The notes under the pieces: model-generated | Seen by the model: the letters and a program-made list of their open reading frames with translations, nothing else | What the model was told of the DNA's origin: nothing | The model's database searches: none | Program-made: the position numbers and the translations under genes | NCBI GenBank assembly: GCA_951813565.1 | Contig: OX638351.1 | Location: 4,480,001-4,544,000 of the forward strand | Length of the DNA: 64,000 nt | Reading direction: 5' to 3' | Source of the DNA: an uncultured Poribacteria bacterium | Lineage (GTDB): Bacteria; Poribacteria; WGA-4E; WGA-3G | Shown here: positions 59,822 to 64,000 of the stretch, one piece after another | How positions within the stretch are numbered: the first letter of the stretch is position 1 | Layout of the letters: every line of letters starts with the position of its first letter

Positions 59822-59869
59822 ATATTTATTAGGAGTGTGCAACATCTCATCAAAGGAGGATCCAAAAAC

Positions 59870-60082
59870 ATGGGAATAGGCGGAATGGAGATCTTTTTTA
59901 TTCTTGTGGCTGCCTTAGTAATTTTCGGTCCCCAAAAGTTACCGGAAATGGGAAGGTCTTTAGGAAAAGCTATCCGGGAATTTAAAAGTGCCGGGAGCGA
60001 AATCCAAGATGAAATTACAAAAGCAACAAACGACATAGATATTGATCCGGAGAAAACCATTAAACCCCCTAAATCATCCTGA
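59870..60082 (+). CDS. tatA: Twin-arginine translocase TatA
   Basis: IGGMEI....AALVIFGPQKLPEMGRSLGKAIREFK; aggagg RBS. Confidence 0.92.
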   Translation: MGIGGMEIFFILVAALVIFGPQKLPEMGRSLGKAIREFKSAGSEIQDEITKATNDIDIDPEKTIKPPKSS

Positions 60083-60102
60083 CTCAGTGAGCAAGAAGCA
60101 CT

Positions 60103-60924
60103 ATGGAATCTAATGATGTTGAAATGAACTTCTGGGAGCATCTTGAGGAACTCCGGCGGCGTATTATTATTTCTCTAATTGCTTTAGCTGTTTTTTCAGT
60201 ACTCGGTTTGTCCTTTACAAAGCCGATTAGATATGTTCTTGAACTCCCTATGAAGAGCCCTATGATGAATATGGTTGCCAAAGCGATTGAAGCGAGGGCA
60301 GGAACAGAAGGCTCAACACTCGGTTTTTTGACACTCGCCCTACGCAGTGGAACATCAAGAGTAGAAGCAGAACTCATCTTGACAGGAGCATTTCAAGGTA
60401 TCATGGCATATCTAACAATAGGAATAACCACTGGTGTCCTACTTTCATTACCGATAATTCTTTATCAGATTTGGATATTTGTGTTTCCCGCATTGAATAG
60501 GTCTGAACAGCGATTGGCAGTGCCACTTTTTTTTACCATCATATTTTTCTTTATTCTCGGCGCAGTTTTTGCGTATTTTATTGTAGTTCCAGTTGTATTG
60601 CAATTTGCAGCAGGGCTTTTTCCTGAGTTTAAAAATCTTTGGGATTTGAAAGCGTATATTACTTTTGTAACGCAGTTAATTTTAGGGTTCGGAGTTGCTT
60701 TTGAATTACCCATCGTAATGGCATTTCTCGCGCGTATCGGAGTTATTGACTCACAAGGTTTTCGTGGGAAGCAACGTTATGCCTTGTTAGGTATCTGTGT
60801 AATTTCAGCTTTGCTAACACCAGCAGACCCAGGTTCAATGCTGTTGATGGCGATTCCGCTTTTCATTTTGTATCAACTCGGTATTTTTTTCGCATTTCTT
60901 GTTGAAAAGGAGGTAGAGGCATAA
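60103..60924 (+). CDS. tatC: Twin-arginine translocase TatC
   Basis: EHLEELRRR, YQIW.F..PAL, FGVAFELP, LTPADP. Confidence 0.93.
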   Translation: MESNDVEMNFWEHLEELRRRIIISLIALAVFSVLGLSFTKPIRYVLELPMKSPMMNMVAKAIEARAGTEGSTLGFLTLALRSGTSRVEAELILTGAFQGIMAYLTIGITTGVLLSLPIILYQIWIFVFPALNRSEQRLAVPLFFTIIFFFILGAVFAYFIVVPVVLQFAAGLFPEFKNLWDLKAYITFVTQLILGFGVAFELPIVMAFLARIGVIDSQGFRGKQRYALLGICVISALLTPADPGSMLLMAIPLFILYQLGIFFAFLVEKEVEA

Positions 60925-61667
60925 TGGCGAACGAATCTTTGCGGCAGCAGCTCGCTTTGCTCTATGAGTTGCAGGAGCATGACAGGGAGTTGTTGTCTTT
61001 CCACCAGCGACTCCAAGTTATTCCCCAACACATTGAACAGTTAGAAGCCAACGTAACCAAATATAAAGATAGCTTAACAACAAAATCTGATCAACTCACA
61101 GAAGTAGAAAAATTACAACGCGCCAAGAACGGTGAATTAGAAATGAATGCTGTTCAGCGCGAAAAATATAGAAATGAACAACGCGAAGTTACCTCAAATG
61201 AAGCCTATACCGCACTTGAAAATCAGATTGAATTCCTTGATCAAAAGGATGGAGAAACAGAGGAGGAAATCTTAGAACTGATGGAAAAGGGTGACCAGTT
61301 GAAGGCAGAATTGACAGAACTTGAAGCAGACGTTGTTCGTGAAGACGAAAAAACGACTGAAAAAACATCTGAATTCCGATCTGAACAAAAAAATTTGGAA
61401 GCACAGATAAACCAGAAATTAAAGCAGCGGAACACATATCTTCCGAAAATCGATAAGAAACTTAGCACACAGTACCATCGGTGGATGGAACGGCATAAAA
61501 CCAATTTTGTAGCATTGGGTAAAAATGGAACTTGTGGAAGTTGTCGTCTTACAATTCAGCCACAAAATCTCAAAGAAGCGCAAAAATATGAAAAATTGGT
61601 TTATTGCTCCAGCTGCAAACGGGTACTTTATGTTGAACCTGTTGATTCAGATTTACCTTATCCATAG
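60924..61667 (+). CDS. C4-type zinc ribbon coiled-coil protein (DUF164/CT398-like)
   Basis: L.ELQEHD, coiled coil, EY.AL, CGSC...CSSCKRVLY. Confidence 0.88.
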   Translation: MANESLRQQLALLYELQEHDRELLSFHQRLQVIPQHIEQLEANVTKYKDSLTTKSDQLTEVEKLQRAKNGELEMNAVQREKYRNEQREVTSNEAYTALENQIEFLDQKDGETEEEILELMEKGDQLKAELTELEADVVREDEKTTEKTSEFRSEQKNLEAQINQKLKQRNTYLPKIDKKLSTQYHRWMERHKTNFVALGKNGTCGSCRLTIQPQNLKEAQKYEKLVYCSSCKRVLYVEPVDSDLPYP

Positions 61668-61719
61668 TGTAGCCCTATAACTCGTTTTGATGTTTGATTA
61701 ATAAGATGGAGTTGTCTCT

Positions 61720-62046
61720 ATGCCATTTATTGATATTAATGTACAACCTGAAAAACAGGTTTTTGATGGGATTACAATTCGGACTATACATGGCGAAAAA
61801 CTTATGATGTCCTATGTCTATCTACAACCACACAGCACGGTTGCAGAGCATAGCCACTTGCATGAACAGATGGGTATGGTTTTAGAAGGCACATTTGAAT
61901 TGACTATTGACGGAGAATCTCGAACACTTAAAAAAGGCGATACTTACCTTATCCCATCCGATGTAATACATAGTGCAAAAGCATTCGATGAAATGGCAAT
62001 AGCACTTGATATTTTTAGCCCACCCCGGGAAGATTATATATCTTGA
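61720..62046 (+). CDS. Cupin domain protein
   Basis: HSHLHEQ..VLEG, IPSDVIH, DIFSPPREDY. Confidence 0.88.
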   Translation: MPFIDINVQPEKQVFDGITIRTIHGEKLMMSYVYLQPHSTVAEHSHLHEQMGMVLEGTFELTIDGESRTLKKGDTYLIPSDVIHSAKAFDEMAIALDIFSPPREDYIS

Positions 62047-62822
62047 CGACAAATTTGTTTCATACAATTTCTGAATTAACACAGACCCGCTTAGCCAAGG
62101 CAGGCATCAGTCTACGTTTTGGAGGCGTAAGCAAAGCACCTTACACTTCACTTAATTTAGCTTCCCATGTAGGAGATAACCCCGCAGCGGTTTCCCAAAA
62201 TCAGCGAATCTTCTCCGCCCAAAGCGGTATTCATGAACTTAAATATTGCCGCCAAATTCATAGCGATTCTGTATTAAACGCAGATGTTGTTAAAACCTCA
62301 TTTTGGAACGGTGAAAACCAAAACGTTCCTGAAAAAACAGGAGATGCCTTGATTTCAGCGCAGCAAGGTGATGCTCTTGGTGTTTTTACTGCAGATTGCG
62401 TCCCAATTTTCATTTTGGATACAGCAACACCCGCTATCGGTATGGTGCATGCTGGATGGCGCGGCACCTTGGCACGAATCGCTGCCAAAACACTTGCACA
62501 AATGAAAGCGAGTTTCGGGACGATTACAAAAAATTGTCTAATCCATTTAGGAACTTCCATTCAACAGTGTTGTTACACCGTAAGTTCAGATATGATTTCT
62601 CAGTTTGTAATACATTTTGGTAGTGCCGTCCACAATGGACTAAATCTGAGTTTGCAGACAGCCAACTTTTGTCAATTAGTTGAAGCTGGCATAACACCCG
62701 AATCAATTTCAATATCTCCTTTTTGTACTGCCTGTTGTACAGATAAGTTTTATTCATATCGGGCAGAGGGTGAACAAACAGGAAGGATGCTCTCTTTTTT
62801 ACAACTCACAGATACAAATTAA
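62043..62822 (+). CDS. pgeF: PgeF/YfiH family purine nucleoside phosphorylase
   Basis: SLNL..HVGD, QIHS, TADCVP, HAGWRG, CTAC, FYSYR, GRM. Confidence 0.9.
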   Translation: MTTNLFHTISELTQTRLAKAGISLRFGGVSKAPYTSLNLASHVGDNPAAVSQNQRIFSAQSGIHELKYCRQIHSDSVLNADVVKTSFWNGENQNVPEKTGDALISAQQGDALGVFTADCVPIFILDTATPAIGMVHAGWRGTLARIAAKTLAQMKASFGTITKNCLIHLGTSIQQCCYTVSSDMISQFVIHFGSAVHNGLNLSLQTANFCQLVEAGITPESISISPFCTACCTDKFYSYRAEGEQTGRMLSFLQLTDTN

Positions 62823-62953
62823 AGAGAAGCATCTGACTGTGTGGAAGTTCGTAGGTTGGGTAGAGCGCAAAGCGATACCATAAATCAACGCTGTGAATGC
62901 CACAAAGCGCATTTGGCGTTGATCCGCCCTACAAGTGATTTATGAAATAATTT

Positions 62954-64000
62954 CTACTTGTTTATCACCGCTTCATAAACGTCAAGCAACTTTTTTCCAA
63001 TATTACGCCAATCGTAATCTTGTTCTACACGCGCGCGGCCGTTTTCTCCAATCTTGCGACGTAGTGACGAATCTGTAAGCAACTGGGTGACTGCTTCTGC
63101 AAAGAGTTTCGGTTCATCAGCAATAAATATTTCTTCCCCATCTCGGAGAGCCAGACCTTCAGCGCCAACTGTGGTAGAGACAACTGCTTTCCCCATTGCC
63201 AATGCTTCAAGAATTTTCAGGCGCGTTCCACTCCCAATGCGTAAGGGGACGACAAAAACCGTCGCCTCCGAGAAGTAAGGCTTGATCTCAGGGACACGTC
63301 CAGTAACAACAACCTTTTCCCTTTCTGCTAATCTTTGGACACGCGTCGATGGATTCCCCCCAACAATGGAAAATTTGACATCTGGCACCTTGTCCTGAAT
63401 CTGCGGCAACACCTTTTCAACAAAGAATGAAACTGCATCTTCATTCGGATACCAATCCATGCTGCCGATATAGATTAAATGCGCTGGTGCTTCAGAGGAA
63501 AAATTCGGGTGATAATGCGTAATATCCACACCGTTAGGAATTACCTTTACAACGTTTTTTCTACAGTGTTCTTGAAAAACGGCGGCATCAATATCAGACG
63601 TACACGTAACAGCGTCAAACTTGGGACTTATCACCCGCTCATACCTTTGAAATGCAAGTTGTTGAGTCCAATACGCACACTTGTAGAACAGATTAGAAGT
63701 TTCACCCTTTAACCTTCGCCAGATAGCGGAATCAACGTTTTGTTGTGAAAGCACACGGGGTAGGTCTGTTTCCGAATAAAATTGCGCAGTATGAAACATC
63801 TCATAGTGAACAAGATCAAAGGTTTCTGCTGATAACAACTCTTTTAATTTTTCGCGATAAACAGGAACGTTGTAACGTGCGACAGTGATAGGTTGTCTTT
63901 TGAAAAACGATGAGAAGAGCGTGCTAAGTGATACGCGTGGAAGTGTTGACGAATTTAGGACAAGGTGAACCCTTATACCTAAGTCTTGAATGTGTGTGAT
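62954..64000 (-). CDS. Glycosyltransferase family 4 (5'-truncated by window)
   Basis: IPNGVD, GSMDWYPN, VVPLRIGSGTRLKILEALAMG, YDW. Confidence 0.88.
   Translation of the reverse strand: MTHIQDLGIRVHLVLNSSTLPRVSLSTLFSSFFKRQPITVARYNVPVYREKLKELLSAETFDLVHYEMFHTAQFYSETDLPRVLSQQNVDSAIWRRLKGETSNLFYKCAYWTQQLAFQRYERVISPKFDAVTCTSDIDAAVFQEHCRKNVVKVIPNGVDITHYHPNFSSEAPAHLIYIGSMDWYPNEDAVSFFVEKVLPQIQDKVPDVKFSIVGGNPSTRVQRLAEREKVVVTGRVPEIKPYFSEATVFVVPLRIGSGTRLKILEALAMGKAVVSTTVGAEGLALRDGEEIFIADEPKLFAEAVTQLLTDSSLRRKIGENGRARVEQDYDWRNIGKKLLDVYEAVINK

Noticed and set aside
61668..61719. rnpB often found after the C4 zinc-ribbon gene
   Set aside because: The intergenic gap is only ~50 bp with no RNase P motifs

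Overview
A roughly 41% GC bacterial window whose gene content points to Candidatus Poribacteria (sponge symbiont; this is inference). It holds five PhyH-type Fe/2OG dioxygenases, two sulfatases, three Gfo/Idh/MocA oxidoreductases, WD40/TPR eukaryote-like repeat proteins including a 2992-aa TPR protein, an ECF sigma-TM-beta-propeller fusion and an NYPNPFNPETWIPYQL C-terminal domain. It also contains a type III-like RM remnant, an ISKra4/ISLre2-type IS, an intact IS3, a MoxR-DUF58-VWA operon split by about 5.6 kb of accessory DNA, an ABC/AAA_21 ATPase + PIN gene pair, tatA-tatC, pgeF and a GT4 gene, and many nested palindromic MITE/REP-like elements. The top observation is a 404-bp ORF-less IS200/IS605-type element (40473-40876, minus strand). 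Its boundaries are fixed by guide/cleavage tetranucleotide pairing and by restoring the reading frame of the gene it interrupts. It carries a near-consensus sigma70 promoter driving a ~300-nt highly structured RNA: an unexplained 95-nt 5' domain, a boxA-like motif, and a TnpB omegaRNA-like 3' end that would read into flanking DNA as a guide. No tRNA, rRNA or CRISPR array was seen.
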